Assembly (NCBI GenBank): GCA_015057945.1
Contig: SVDD01000007.1
Span: 26,830 to 90,829, forward strand
From: Lachnospiraceae bacterium
Lineage (GTDB): Bacteria > Bacillota > Clostridia > Lachnospirales > Lachnospiraceae
Direction: 5' to 3'
Length of the DNA: 64,000 nt
Below the pieces are notes generated by a model, which was not told the DNA's origin, did not search any database, and worked only from the letters and a program-made list of their open reading frames with translations. This document shows, in pieces, positions 49,293 to 58,509 of this stretch; the stretch's first letter is position 1; each line of letters starts with the position of its first letter. A program made the translations under genes and the position numbers.

Positions 49293-49502
49293 GCCCATCT
49301 CGATTGAGACGGGCTGTTTTTTTCACCTTTTGCAGGCTTCAGTTACCGCAAAAGTGCAGATGTCGGAGCTTATCCCTGACATCTCCACTTATTTTTTTAT
49401 TCACTTTTCACTTTCTAAATACGGTATTTTAGATTAATATAGTCTGATGGCATAGAATCAAAAGGCCAAAACACCAACACTCAGCTTATTTTGGAGGTAA
49501 TT

Positions 49503-49733
49503 ATGATCAATCCGGCAGAAATGCTCAAAATCGGAGGCATACTTAGAAAATTTCAGAGCAATCACCCTAAGGTGGCAGCTTTTTTGAATCATGAACTTTC
49601 ATCGGCCATTCCTGTAGGCTCTGTTATCGAAATGACGATCACAAAGCCGGGAGAGGCTCCTGTAACAACCAACTTCAGGGTACTTCAGGATGATCTGGAT
49701 ATGGTTGAAACTCTTAAAAAAATGCAGAAGTAA
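49503..49733 (+). CDS. Small conserved-looking hypothetical protein
   Basis: GGAGG RBS, ATG 49503, host-like codon usage. Confidence 0.7.
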   Translation: MINPAEMLKIGGILRKFQSNHPKVAAFLNHELSSAIPVGSVIEMTITKPGEAPVTTNFRVLQDDLDMVETLKKMQK

Positions 49734-49738
49734 GACAT

Positions 49739-51202
49739 ATGAATTTATCGAACTTATTAAAAGATCCCATAGACATCCCTTTACTGTTCATATACGTGGT
49801 CGGAGTTCTGATTATGGTTTACAGTGCCATGCAGTTCGTGCATGGCTTTTTATATAAGCAGAAGCCATACATACGTTCCGGAGTCAGGACACTGATTTTA
49901 GCCCTGGTACTGCTTGCTCCCAGGCTCGTATATCAGCATATCAGGGTAGACGGCTCTGATTACAAAAAAGAAATAAAGGCAGCCATAAAATCCATATCCG
50001 AAGTCTCAGACAGCGTCGGAACATCTGACAGCTCCATGATAAAAGCCCAGCTCGAGGCCCTTTCAGAAAGGCTTTCAGATGCAGGATTCACGGTTGCCTT
50101 AAGTTCTTCGGTTGAAAACGGGAATGATGGAAGTTTCACAGTCAGAATCCTCAGTGCAGTTAAGGCGGCTTCATCGGATGCCGAGGATGCAGATATCATT
50201 CTTATAAGCACTTCACTTAATCCGGACTATACTGAAGAGGGATTCCCCGGTGATGCTGCCGAAATATCCGTAATTGAGACAGCCGCAAAGAAATTACAGA
50301 AAACCGATACCGATACGGAACTCAGATTCCTTATAATCACAGATGGAATAAACGGTCAGGATGGTGTCAGTTCCTATATGGATTCACTGACAGAGGACGA
50401 AAAAAAGCGTATTATAGGAAATATTTCCATTGATCTCCCCGGTATGTCCGACTACACCGGCTTTGAATCCGCCACAGTCAACGGCATGGATAATCCTGTT
50501 TCGACTCTCATCAATTCTTCCGTGAAACGAATGACAGGGCAGAAGCTTTCCTGCAGTCAGGAAAAGGGCACGGAACTCACGGCCTTTCACATTAACGGAA
50601 TTCCGGGAGTGCTTCTTAAACAGGCTTACGTTGAGAAAGCATCCTATGCTAAGTCTTTAGATAAACTGAACGAAGATGAACTTGCAGATGCTGCCGCCAT
50701 AATAGGCGATGCTATAACAAGAGAGCTTAAATCCCGGGAGTCTGAATCCATCAGAGCACTTAGATCAGAAGACAGGACCACATACACTGCCGGTTCCTTC
50801 AGAATTGACAAGGACAGCTTTTCCTGTGGTCCGGCAATCAAGGATATTTCCGGAAACTTCGGAACAGCCCTTAAGGACACAGGTCTTAAGGATGCTTCAG
50901 GAAACAGCTTATACGAAGGAAGGCTATATTTACTGACTTTTGATTCTCCTTTACCGGTTGTTTTTCATGTCAATGAATCAGGTCTTTCAAGAGTGACTAT
51001 CGATACCGGAGCTGTCCCTTCATCGAAGGAGGAGCTTACCCGGATACTGAAAAATCTTTTAGGTGATCCTATAGATGACTCTGCCGTACTCAGCTGGACA
51101 GATGAAAAGGCCGGCGCGATATACCATATCGCAGCTTCGGAAAATACCGATGCCGGAAACAGCATGACCTCCGGAGGATACAGCTTCTATATCACTGCAT
51201 GA
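49739..51202 (+). CDS. Membrane-anchored protein with a degenerate M28 peptidase-like domain
   Basis: Two N-terminal TM; DIILIST, ELRFLII and IGNISIDLPG pattern of the M28 fold, but the metal ligands are missing. Confidence 0.55.
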   Translation: MNLSNLLKDPIDIPLLFIYVVGVLIMVYSAMQFVHGFLYKQKPYIRSGVRTLILALVLLAPRLVYQHIRVDGSDYKKEIKAAIKSISEVSDSVGTSDSSMIKAQLEALSERLSDAGFTVALSSSVENGNDGSFTVRILSAVKAASSDAEDADIILISTSLNPDYTEEGFPGDAAEISVIETAAKKLQKTDTDTELRFLIITDGINGQDGVSSYMDSLTEDEKKRIIGNISIDLPGMSDYTGFESATVNGMDNPVSTLINSSVKRMTGQKLSCSQEKGTELTAFHINGIPGVLLKQAYVEKASYAKSLDKLNEDELADAAAIIGDAITRELKSRESESIRALRSEDRTTYTAGSFRIDKDSFSCGPAIKDISGNFGTALKDTGLKDASGNSLYEGRLYLLTFDSPLPVVFHVNESGLSRVTIDTGAVPSSKEELTRILKNLLGDPIDDSAVLSWTDEKAGAIYHIAASENTDAGNSMTSGGYSFYITA

Positions 51203-51438
51203 CTTTAAGCTTATGCAGGAAGTCACCGGTTCTTCCCACCGGGAAGCCGCACAATTATGACGTAACATCAAAACCCCATTATTCCGATGCAGATTAACTC
51301 GCAAGGAATAATGGGGTTTTTACGCATATTCTTCATATTATGAAGTGCTCACATGACCGGTGACGGATTTCTTTAGAATCTGCCTCTGCCATACAGCACC
51401 GGCCTTTCGGGAAGTGATTAGTCATCAGCTTTGGACAT

Positions 51439-52161
51439 TCATCCTGTGATGTCCTTCATAGTACCGGTGGGAGAGGAGCTCAGCAAAACGCAGAAACCAA
51501 CTTCAGAGGTCGTTGATTCCTGAGCTGATGCATCATCGGTACTTCCACCTGCAACTACAACGGGGGTTGTATCCGTAATGCCCTGAGAGCTCGATGACAT
51601 AGCAGAAGCATATGAATCGGCATATGTATATGACGATGAGGTGTCAGCAGTCATATATGAATCTGCTGTTCCGACAGCATCGATGACAGGAGTCGATGCT
51701 GTTTTTCCTGTACTAAATGCTGTAGTAACGGAGGTTCCGGAGGATGCTGTGGAGACAACAGCTTTATCTGATCCTACAGTCACTATCGGTACTGATGCTG
51801 CAGTAACGGAGGTTCCGGATGTTGCTGCGGAAACAACAGCTTTATCTGATTCTACAGTCACTATCGGTACAGAAGCTGTAGTAACGGTTGTTCCGGAGGA
51901 TGCTGTGGAAGTTGCTTCACTGGATATAGCTGGGCTTGCATCTGAAGGAGTGGTCACAGCAGTGATGACCGGTGTCACCGGTATACTCTGACTGTAATTT
52001 ACGGATGCTGAGACTTGGTTTACAGATGAAGTCTGTGATATGTCTGTTCCCGGAAGTGTAGAAACCTCAACAACACCGGCCCACGCTGCAGTTCCGGCCC
52101 AGGCAGTCATAACTCCGCCTATTATAATGGTTTTAAAGATAGTATCTATAGTTTTTTTCAT
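51439..52161 (-). CDS. Secreted Ser/Thr/Ala-rich protein with 26-aa (78-bp) tandem repeats
   Basis: MKK signal peptide (AWA); repeat SGT(T/S)VT(T/A)ASVPIVTV(E/G)SDKAVVS at about 51722-51910. Confidence 0.65.
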   Translation of the reverse strand: MKKTIDTIFKTIIIGGVMTAWAGTAAWAGVVEVSTLPGTDISQTSSVNQVSASVNYSQSIPVTPVITAVTTPSDASPAISSEATSTASSGTTVTTASVPIVTVESDKAVVSAATSGTSVTAASVPIVTVGSDKAVVSTASSGTSVTTAFSTGKTASTPVIDAVGTADSYMTADTSSSYTYADSYASAMSSSSQGITDTTPVVVAGGSTDDASAQESTTSEVGFCVLLSSSPTGTMKDITG

Positions 52162-52531
52162 AAACAGATCCCTTTTTATGTATGTCGCAATGGTCATAAA
52201 GTATCCTCTCATGGCGCAGACACGCTATCAGACACTTTTGTCCCTTACATCTATCATTATAACCAAGATAAACCGTCTAAAATTTACATTTACTCTACAA
52301 TTTAAGCCTTATTTCAGGTTTTTCTGTGAACAGTTACCTTTGGGTTTTCGATTTACCGCGTCACCCGGTGCTCCTATTGGGAAAATACAAGTTTCTTCAT
52401 TCACCTAACTACTTTTCTCCCTTATGTCTTTAGCCTCCATCATCCTGTTTTGTGCTCCTGCGGACAAAAAAAGACCGTACCGGAAAGGTACGATCTTCAA
52501 ATATACATGATTTCTTGATTTAAACTTACTA

Positions 52532-52873
52532 TCAGTTATTTCCTGAATAGGCTGCGTTTGCTGCTGCGGCTAATGTAGCTGAGTCTGTAACCTCAGCCTT
52601 TACAAGCTGTCCGCCTGTCAGTACCTCAGGTGAAAGCACTACTGTGCCGTTTGCTACTGCAGCCAGAGCTGCTGAATCTGTAGCGCCTGCCTTTACAAGC
52701 TGTCCGCCTGTCAGTACCTCAGGTGGAAGCACCACTGTGCCGTTTGCTCTTGCAGCAGCTGTTGCCGAATCATAAAGATCTGCACGTACTACATCTGCAA
52801 GTGCAGGAACTGAAACAGATGCAGCAATGATCCCTGCCATAACTACAGTCATGAATCCCTTATTAGTCTTCAT
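52532..52873 (-). CDS. Small secreted protein built from two 31-aa (93-bp) repeats
   Basis: AAGGAG RBS, signal peptide (ALA-D), ANGTVVL(P/S)PEVLTGGQLVKA x2; minus-strand terminator at about 52466-52500. Confidence 0.75.
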   Translation of the reverse strand: MKTNKGFMTVVMAGIIAASVSVPALADVVRADLYDSATAAARANGTVVLPPEVLTGGQLVKAGATDSAALAAVANGTVVLSPEVLTGGQLVKAEVTDSATLAAAANAAYSGNN

Positions 52874-53105
52874 ATCAAACTACTCCTTTTGCAAAAAAAT
52901 ATCGCAATTTACGTAATTATTTAATTTCAATACCATTATACATTGTTAAGAAAACATTTCCATAGTATTCTTTCATTTTTCTTTTAATTCGCGTTTTTTA
53001 TAAAGTATTGATTAATTTTTTGTTAAATTTTACACTTGGTCCATGCCAATCAAGATAATAAGATTCATAATGATAAGTGTTATTCATAAAACAGAACTAA
53101 ATAAA

Positions 53106-53287
53106 TGATGTGAGTGTCAAAAGTAGATATCGGACCGCTTCGCGCTATGCGCTCTCGCGTTCCTCCCACATTCCGCACTCTCAGGCCGATAAATCGTCCT
53201 TTCGTGCTCCATGTGGGGCGTGTCATGAAGTCTATCCTCCACTTTTGTGCAAGCACAAGTGGAGGAAGACTTATGACACTTATATCA
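53106..53287 (+). mobile_element. Full-length 182-bp TIR element with a 6-bp TSD (AATAAA)
   Basis: TGATGTGAGTGTCAAAAGT ... ACTTATGACACTTATATCA; AATAAA at 53100-05 and 53288-93. Confidence 0.9.
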
Positions 53288-53373
53288 AATAAATGGTTTA
53301 TAACCAAAATAAAAAATGTGGTTCGATCATTGACAGCGATCTTGTACCATGCTAGTCTAAAACCAACAAGAGA

Positions 53374-53486
53374 ATATTTTCTTCGGGGCAGGGTGTGATT
53401 CCCTACCGGCGGTATAGTCCGCGAGCCTTTGTGCATGAACCGGTGTGATTCCGGTACCGACAGTATAGTCTGGATGAGAGAAGAAA
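53374..53486 (+). ncRNA. FMN riboswitch (RFN element)
   Basis: TCTTCGGGGCAGGGTG..ATTCCCTACCGGCGGTATAG...CCGGTG..ATTCCGGTACCGACAGTATAGTCTGGATGAGAGAAGA; promoter TTGACA-N17-TAGTCT upstream. Confidence 0.95.
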
Positions 53487-53504
53487 CGTAATGACGCGAT
53501 TATT

Positions 53505-53540
53505 TATCTCAGTACCCGAACAGGTACTGAGATTTTTTTA
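53505..53540 (+). terminator. Expression-platform terminator of the FMN riboswitch
   Basis: ATCTCAGTAC-ccgaacag-GTACTGAGAT followed by T7. Confidence 0.85.
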
Positions 53541-53565
53541 TTTCATTGTAAAGGAGAGTAGTATC

Positions 53566-54189
53566 ATGTCAAATAAGATTAATGTTCAGAAGCTGGTTTA
53601 CACAGGACTTCTTACAGCCCTTGCGGGAGTGCTCATGACCTTTGAGTTCAGCATTCCCTTCTTCCCGCCATTTTACAAGATAGACTTCAGTGATGTTCCC
53701 AGTGTCATCGCACTTTTCACCATGGGACCTTTATCCGGACTCTTCGTTGAGATAGCAAAGCTTGTCATCAAACTTATCACTGTGGGAACAAACAGTATGT
53801 ATGTTGGAGAAGTTTCAAACATGCTCGGAGCATTGCTCTTTATATTCCCTCTGTGGTTCCTTTTCAAGAAGACAGGAAAAACAGATAAGGGTATAGCAAT
53901 AGCTCTTATTACGAGCGTTATCATCCGCACAGCATGGATGTGCTTCTGCAATGCTTTTATCACACTTCCTATGTACGCAGCGGCAATGGGCTTAAGCATT
54001 AACGATGTGGTAGTTATGGTTTCCTCAGTTAACCCGATGATCAAGGATCTTCCTACATTCATCATCCTTGCTACCATTCCTTTCAACCTTATCAAGTTAT
54101 GTCTTGTATATGCACTTTCGTTTGTGCTTTTCTCAAGACTCAGAGTTTCCGTTCCCGGATTTCGGGCAATGAAGACAACCAATGTGTGA
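53566..54189 (+). CDS. ribU: ECF transporter S component, probably riboflavin-specific (RibU)
   Basis: FYKIDFSDVP, GEVSN and PFNLIK S-component motifs; directly under the FMN riboswitch; AAGGAG RBS before ATG 53566. Confidence 0.85.
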   Translation: MSNKINVQKLVYTGLLTALAGVLMTFEFSIPFFPPFYKIDFSDVPSVIALFTMGPLSGLFVEIAKLVIKLITVGTNSMYVGEVSNMLGALLFIFPLWFLFKKTGKTDKGIAIALITSVIIRTAWMCFCNAFITLPMYAAAMGLSINDVVVMVSSVNPMIKDLPTFIILATIPFNLIKLCLVYALSFVLFSRLRVSVPGFRAMKTTNV

Positions 54190-54310
54190 TAGATGGCTTT
54201 GAATATATTTTATTCGTATCATGGTCATCTGGGTCATTAAATGCAAAAGCTTTTTAAAAAGCCCTTTTTAAAAAGGCAAAGATCGTAAAAAAAACTTTTT
54301 AAAAAAAGCA

Positions 54311-54339
54311 TTGCCAACAGACATAAATTTATGTATTAT
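54311..54339 (+). promoter_or_regulatory. sigma-A promoter of tRNA-Pro(AGG)
   Basis: TTGCCA-N17-TATTAT with an upstream A-rich element. Confidence 0.7.
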
Positions 54340-54372
54340 ATCTTAGTCGCTTGATTTAAGTGATCAAGAAAT

Positions 54373-54447
54373 CGGGGTGTGGCTCAGTTTGGCTAGAGCG
54401 CTTGGTTAGGGACCAAGAGATCGTGGGTTCAAATCCCGTCACTCCGA
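54373..54447 (+). tRNA. tRNA-Pro with anticodon AGG (A34)
   Basis: Complete cloverleaf: acceptor CGGGGTG/CACTCCG + A73, anticodon arm CTTGG-TTAGGGA-CCAAG (AGG at 54408-10), T loop TTCAAAT; CCA not encoded. Confidence 0.92.
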
Positions 54448-54681
54448 TGAACAGTGAAAGACGAAGGCCTAAAGTGATCGGGCTTTCGTCTTTTTTTCTT
54501 ATAAATCAATTAGTTATCATTGTTCTCATAGACTTATATCAACTCATGGTATATGATAGCGGAATTTAAAAATACACTTCACGGCAGCATAGCTCAACAC
54601 TTATTTTTCAAAAAAGTGTTGACAAGAATCATGAATTTATGTAATATACAACGGTCGCTTGAAACGGGCGGCGAAATAGTC

Positions 54682-54756
54682 CGGGGTGTGGCTCAGTTTG
54701 GCTAGAGCACCTGGTTTGGGACCAGGGGGTCGCAGGTTCGAATCCTGTCACCCCGA
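54682..54756 (+). tRNA. tRNA-Pro(TGG)
   Basis: CCTGG-TTTGGGA-CCAGG anticodon arm; own promoter TTGACA (54619-24)-N17-TAATAT. Confidence 0.97.
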
Positions 54757-54967
54757 CGATGAGAGAGTGGGAATCCTTGTTTTAAAGGGTTCCTTTTTTT
54801 ATTTTTCATTCTGGTAGCGCCAGGTGATGCCGGTTTTTTTAACATCAATTTCCCATCATACGCATACGCGCATACGCTGAAATAATGATAAAATAAAAAA
54901 GCATTGACAAAAAGAGACTCTGGATTATATAATATGTAAGCTGTCTGAGACGGACAGCAAAAAAGCT

Positions 54968-55042
54968 CGGGGTGTGGCTCAGTTTGGCTAGAGCACCTGG
55001 TTTGGGACCAGGGGGTCGCAGGTTCGAATCCTGTCACCCCGA
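54968..55042 (+). tRNA. tRNA-Pro(TGG), identical second copy
   Basis: Identical to 54682-54756; own promoter TTGACA (54904-09)-N18-TATAAT. Confidence 0.97.
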
Positions 55043-55317
55043 CGAGGTTTAAAGAGGTTCGGATTTTTCCGGGCTTCTTTTTTTGTTATAAAACCGGTCC
55101 CATGTTCCTGAACCTGCACACGGGACCGGTAAGCGGAACAGGGCAGGATGACTGAGTTATGACAGAGCTGCGGATTTATTGCATAGCAGAATCTCCGGCA
55201 CATGACAGAGCTGCTGTTTTACCGTAACTCCCTTCATACAAAAGCTGTACTGTACAGGCATATCGCCCGCATCAGTACAGCTTTCTATAGATAACTCCCC
55301 CTATGAGCTTGTAAACA

Positions 55318-55803
55318 TCAATTATATCCAACACCTACTACGAAATCTCTGACCGTTTCTATATCGTCAGCGGCTGATTTTCCGTAAAGCAGAGTATTGT
55401 CCACCGCACACAGATGGTGATAATCCTTCTTTCCCGTCAGCTTGTAAACTAAAAAATTGTCTCCCGAATAGGTGGAATTGCCATCACTCACATATGTATT
55501 ATCCAGTGTCATTTTAAATATATCGAACTCGCAGTCTGCGGTATATGTATCTTCAAAAACGTAAAACTGACATACCATACTTCCGTCACTGTTGCTTGCG
55601 CAAAGGGCGCTTACCAGTCCTCTTACGTTGGAATAAAGCTCGGTATCATCCTTTACAGTAAAACCTGCAGACTCAGCTGCAGCAATGAATTTCTGATTAT
55701 CGATCACATTTTTTTTAAATTCAATCTTACTAACGACACCGCATCCAACTGCAATCAGAACGGTCAGCAGATATAAAATAATAAAAGCCTTCCTAACTCT
55801 CAT
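55318..55803 (-). CDS. Hypothetical membrane-anchored or lipoprotein-like exported protein
   Basis: N-terminal hydrophobic helix ending IAVGC followed by a soluble alpha/beta domain; start estimated. Confidence 0.65.
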   Translation of the reverse strand: MRVRKAFIILYLLTVLIAVGCGVVSKIEFKKNVIDNQKFIAAAESAGFTVKDDTELYSNVRGLVSALCASNSDGSMVCQFYVFEDTYTADCEFDIFKMTLDNTYVSDGNSTYSGDNFLVYKLTGKKDYHHLCAVDNTLLYGKSAADDIETVRDFVVGVGYN

Positions 55804-56056
55804 AATTTCCATCCGATATGATAAAAAAACATAAAGCATCCATTCTTTACATGTCTATAAACAATATACTCTTTCTTTTGTCACAAAAGTGTCACATTTT
55901 CTTCATAAATTCATAAAATATGGCCTTATCTTTTCGGCGGTTTTATTTACATAATTCTTTGAAGTGCGCTATAATATACACTATGAGGGGAACATGAATA
56001 GATATGGTTTTGTCATATATACCATATCGAAAGTGAAAGAAAGAGTGGGGATAGTT

Positions 56057-56227
56057 ATGAATGTAATAAGTAATCGTGAGCTCCATCTCAGAAAATTTGA
56101 GAGGAGACTGCAAAAAATAGGCGAGGAGGAATCGTATCAGAAACATTACCGTGATACGACGACCATCCTGAGTTTTGACAAATGCCGGAAAAAGAAGAGC
56201 CTTGATGTGAGGGTCGAAGCACTTTAA
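56057..56227 (+). CDS. Possible small basic hypothetical protein
   Basis: GGGA upstream of ATG 56057; no recognisable motif. Confidence 0.3.
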   Translation: MNVISNRELHLRKFERRLQKIGEEESYQKHYRDTTTILSFDKCRKKKSLDVRVEAL

Positions 56228-56328
56228 AACCGGACACGTATAGGGTTTATATCCATTTATTCAAATTTATACAGTATCTTTTACAGGAATTTTTAAAGGC
56301 CGACGGAGTTTCCCACGTCGGCCTTTTG

Positions 56329-56510
56329 TGATATAAGTGTCATAAGTCTTCCTCCACTTGTGCTTGCACAAAAGTGGAGGATAGACTTCATGACACGCCC
56401 CACATGGAGCACGAAAGGGCGATTTATCGGCCTGAGAGTGCGGAATGTGGGAGGAACGCGAGAGCGCATAGCGCGAAGTGGTCCGATATCGACTTTTGAC
56501 ACTAACATCT
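56329..56510 (-). mobile_element. Full-length 182-bp TIR element, inverted orientation
   Basis: Near-exact reverse complement of 53106-53287; no TSD seen. Confidence 0.9.
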
Positions 56511-56581
56511 TAAAATCATTTGCACCTCACTGATCAGCGCCAGCGCACACATACGTTTGCAATGTACCGCTTATCAGCACA

Positions 56582-57223
56582 TCAGCTTTTAACGATGCTT
56601 ACACCGCTTGATGCTCCGATTCTGTCTGCACCTGCAGCGATAAGCTCCTCTGTGAACTTCTTAGTGTGAATTCCTCCGCTTGCCTTGATCTTGAGCCGAT
56701 CGCCGACAGTCTGCTTCATCAGTTTAACATCCTCCACAGTGGCTCCTGCCGTTGAAAAGCCCGTGGAAGTCTTTACAAAGGCTGCTCCGGCTTCTTCCGC
56801 AAGCTCACAGGCCTTAACCTTTTCATCATCGCTCAGGAGACAGGTCTCTATGATCACCTTCACTATAGACGGTTTTGATGCTTCCACCACAGCCCTTATA
56901 TCATCTCTTACAAGATCATAGTTTCCATCCTTCAAGGCACCGACATTTATTACCATATCAACTTCACCGGCACCTCTTTTTACAGCTTCAGCCGCTTCAA
57001 AGGCCTTCGCAGCGGTTATCATGGCTCCAAGGGGGAACCCTACCACAACACATGGTGTCACATCTGAGCCCTTAAGCTCCGAGACCACCGTGTCTATGTG
57101 ACAGGTGTTGACACATACAGAATGAAATCCATATTCCTTTGCCTCAGCGCATAAACGTTTTACCTGTTCGGTCGTTGCATCCGCCTTAAGGATAGTGTGA
57201 TCTATCATTTTTGCCAAATTCAT
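56582..57223 (-). CDS. deoC: Deoxyribose-phosphate aldolase
   Basis: [53 protein letters not shown]; GGAGG RBS. Confidence 0.98.
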   Translation of the reverse strand: MNLAKMIDHTILKADATTEQVKRLCAEAKEYGFHSVCVNTCHIDTVVSELKGSDVTPCVVVGFPLGAMITAAKAFEAAEAVKRGAGEVDMVINVGALKDGNYDLVRDDIRAVVEASKPSIVKVIIETCLLSDDEKVKACELAEEAGAAFVKTSTGFSTAGATVEDVKLMKQTVGDRLKIKASGGIHTKKFTEELIAAGADRIGASSGVSIVKS

Positions 57224-57432
57224 CATTAACCTCCAAAATCCAAACTGATTCCAAATGAGTTTTTTCAATTACATGGTCACGTATCTGTTCCATGAAACCT
57301 GACAGGAAACGATACAGAGCACTAAATTTTAATACCTCAGAAATCATTTGTAATGTTCATTTCATGATACGTCCTGTATAATTGTATTTGATATTATCAG
57401 TTCGTTCAATCTAATCATGAAAGGAGATCTAA

Positions 57433-58116
57433 ATGAGATATTCTATCGAAGGTGAACCGTTTCCTGTTGTGATATGTGATCTGGATTCAGGAGAAGAGAT
57501 GATTACCGAGTCAGGTGCCATGGCCTGGATGAGCAACAACATGAATATGGCTACTCAGGGCGGCGGAATCGGAAAGATGTTTGGCAGGATGGTATCAGGA
57601 GAATCCATCTTCCTGAACCGCTATACCGCTATGGGCGGTCCGGGAATGATCGCATTTGCATCAAGTTTTCCCGGCTCCATCAGAGCTTACGAGATAAGTC
57701 CGGGCAACGAGATCATCGCACAGAAAAAGGCTTTTCTCGCTGCGACAAGCGGTGTAGAGCTTTCTGTAGCATTCCAGAAGAAGGTCGGTAGCGGCTTCTT
57801 CGGCGGTGAGGGCTTCATCATGCAGAGAATTTCCGGTAACGGAATGGCATTTCTTGAGTTTGACGGATATGTCAAGGAGTATACTCTTCAGCCGGGACAG
57901 CAGATGATCATAGATACCGGTTACCTTGCCGCAATGGACAATACCTGCACTATTGATATCCAGATGATCAAGGGCGTAAAAAATATGCTCTTCGGCGGCG
58001 AAGGACTCTTCAACACAGTGCTCACCGGCCCCGGCAGGATATGGATACAGTCCTTGCCTATTCCTCAGGTAGCAACGAGCCTGATTCCATACCTCCCTCT
58101 CGGAAAGAGCAGTTAA
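57433..58116 (+). CDS. TIGR00266/AIM24-family protein
   Basis: ESGAMAWM, GESIFLNRY, FFGGEGFIMQ, GGEGLFNTVLTGPGRIWIQS. Confidence 0.9.
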   Translation: MRYSIEGEPFPVVICDLDSGEEMITESGAMAWMSNNMNMATQGGGIGKMFGRMVSGESIFLNRYTAMGGPGMIAFASSFPGSIRAYEISPGNEIIAQKKAFLAATSGVELSVAFQKKVGSGFFGGEGFIMQRISGNGMAFLEFDGYVKEYTLQPGQQMIIDTGYLAAMDNTCTIDIQMIKGVKNMLFGGEGLFNTVLTGPGRIWIQSLPIPQVATSLIPYLPLGKSS

Positions 58117-58134
58117 AAAGGATGTAGTATAATA

Positions 58135-58316
58135 TGATATAAGTGTCATAAGTCTTCCTCCACTTGTGCTTGCACAAAAGTGGAGGATAGACTTCATGAC
58201 ACGCCCCACATGGAGCACGAAAGGACGATTTATCGGCCTGAGAGTGCGGAATGTGGGAGGAACGCGAGAGCGCCTAGCGCGAAGCGGTCCTATATCGACT
58301 TTTGACACTAACATCA
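58135..58316 (-). mobile_element. Full-length 182-bp TIR element with a 5-bp TSD (TAATA), abutting the yjfB-like start codon
   Basis: TAATA at 58130-34 and 58317-21; the right TSD overlaps the A of ATG 58321. Confidence 0.9.
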
Positions 58317-58320
58317 TAAT

Positions 58321-58509
58321 ATGGATATTATTTCAAGCATTTCCACAGTTGCGGCTAATTACTCCATGCAGAAGGTGGCCACTGCCATAGGCACAGCCAT
58401 TTTTTCAAAGGTATTGGATCAGGCCGAAACAGGCGGAGCTGACATGATAAAGCTCCTTGAGCAGTCGGCCAATCCCGATTTAGGCGCCAATTTTGATGCC
58501 CTCGCATAA
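58321..58509 (+). CDS. YjfB-family small protein (putative motility protein)
   Basis: MDIISSIST...SKVLDQAE...M.KLLEQS.NPDLGANFD pattern. Confidence 0.75.
   Translation: MDIISSISTVAANYSMQKVATAIGTAIFSKVLDQAETGGADMIKLLEQSANPDLGANFDALA

Noticed and set aside
54373-55042. tRNA genes as an integration site for an island or prophage
   Set aside because: No integrase and no displaced tRNA 3' fragment (att repeat) was seen; the copies are complete and each has its own promoter.
54702-55203. Minus-strand ORFs 54702-55037 and 54988-55203 ending RRGDRIRTCDPLVPNQVL
   Set aside because: Antisense translations of the two identical tRNA-Pro genes.
53114-58390. Track ORFs with near-identical translations (MSKVDIGPLRAMRSRVPPTF..., ...DFMTRPTWSTKGRFIG...) at 22325-22543, 53080-53436, 53114-53398, 56293-56508, 57661-58317 and 58166-58390
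   Set aside because: They are read-throughs of the 182-bp repeat. Starts and stops differ between copies and there is no RBS, so they are not a protein family.
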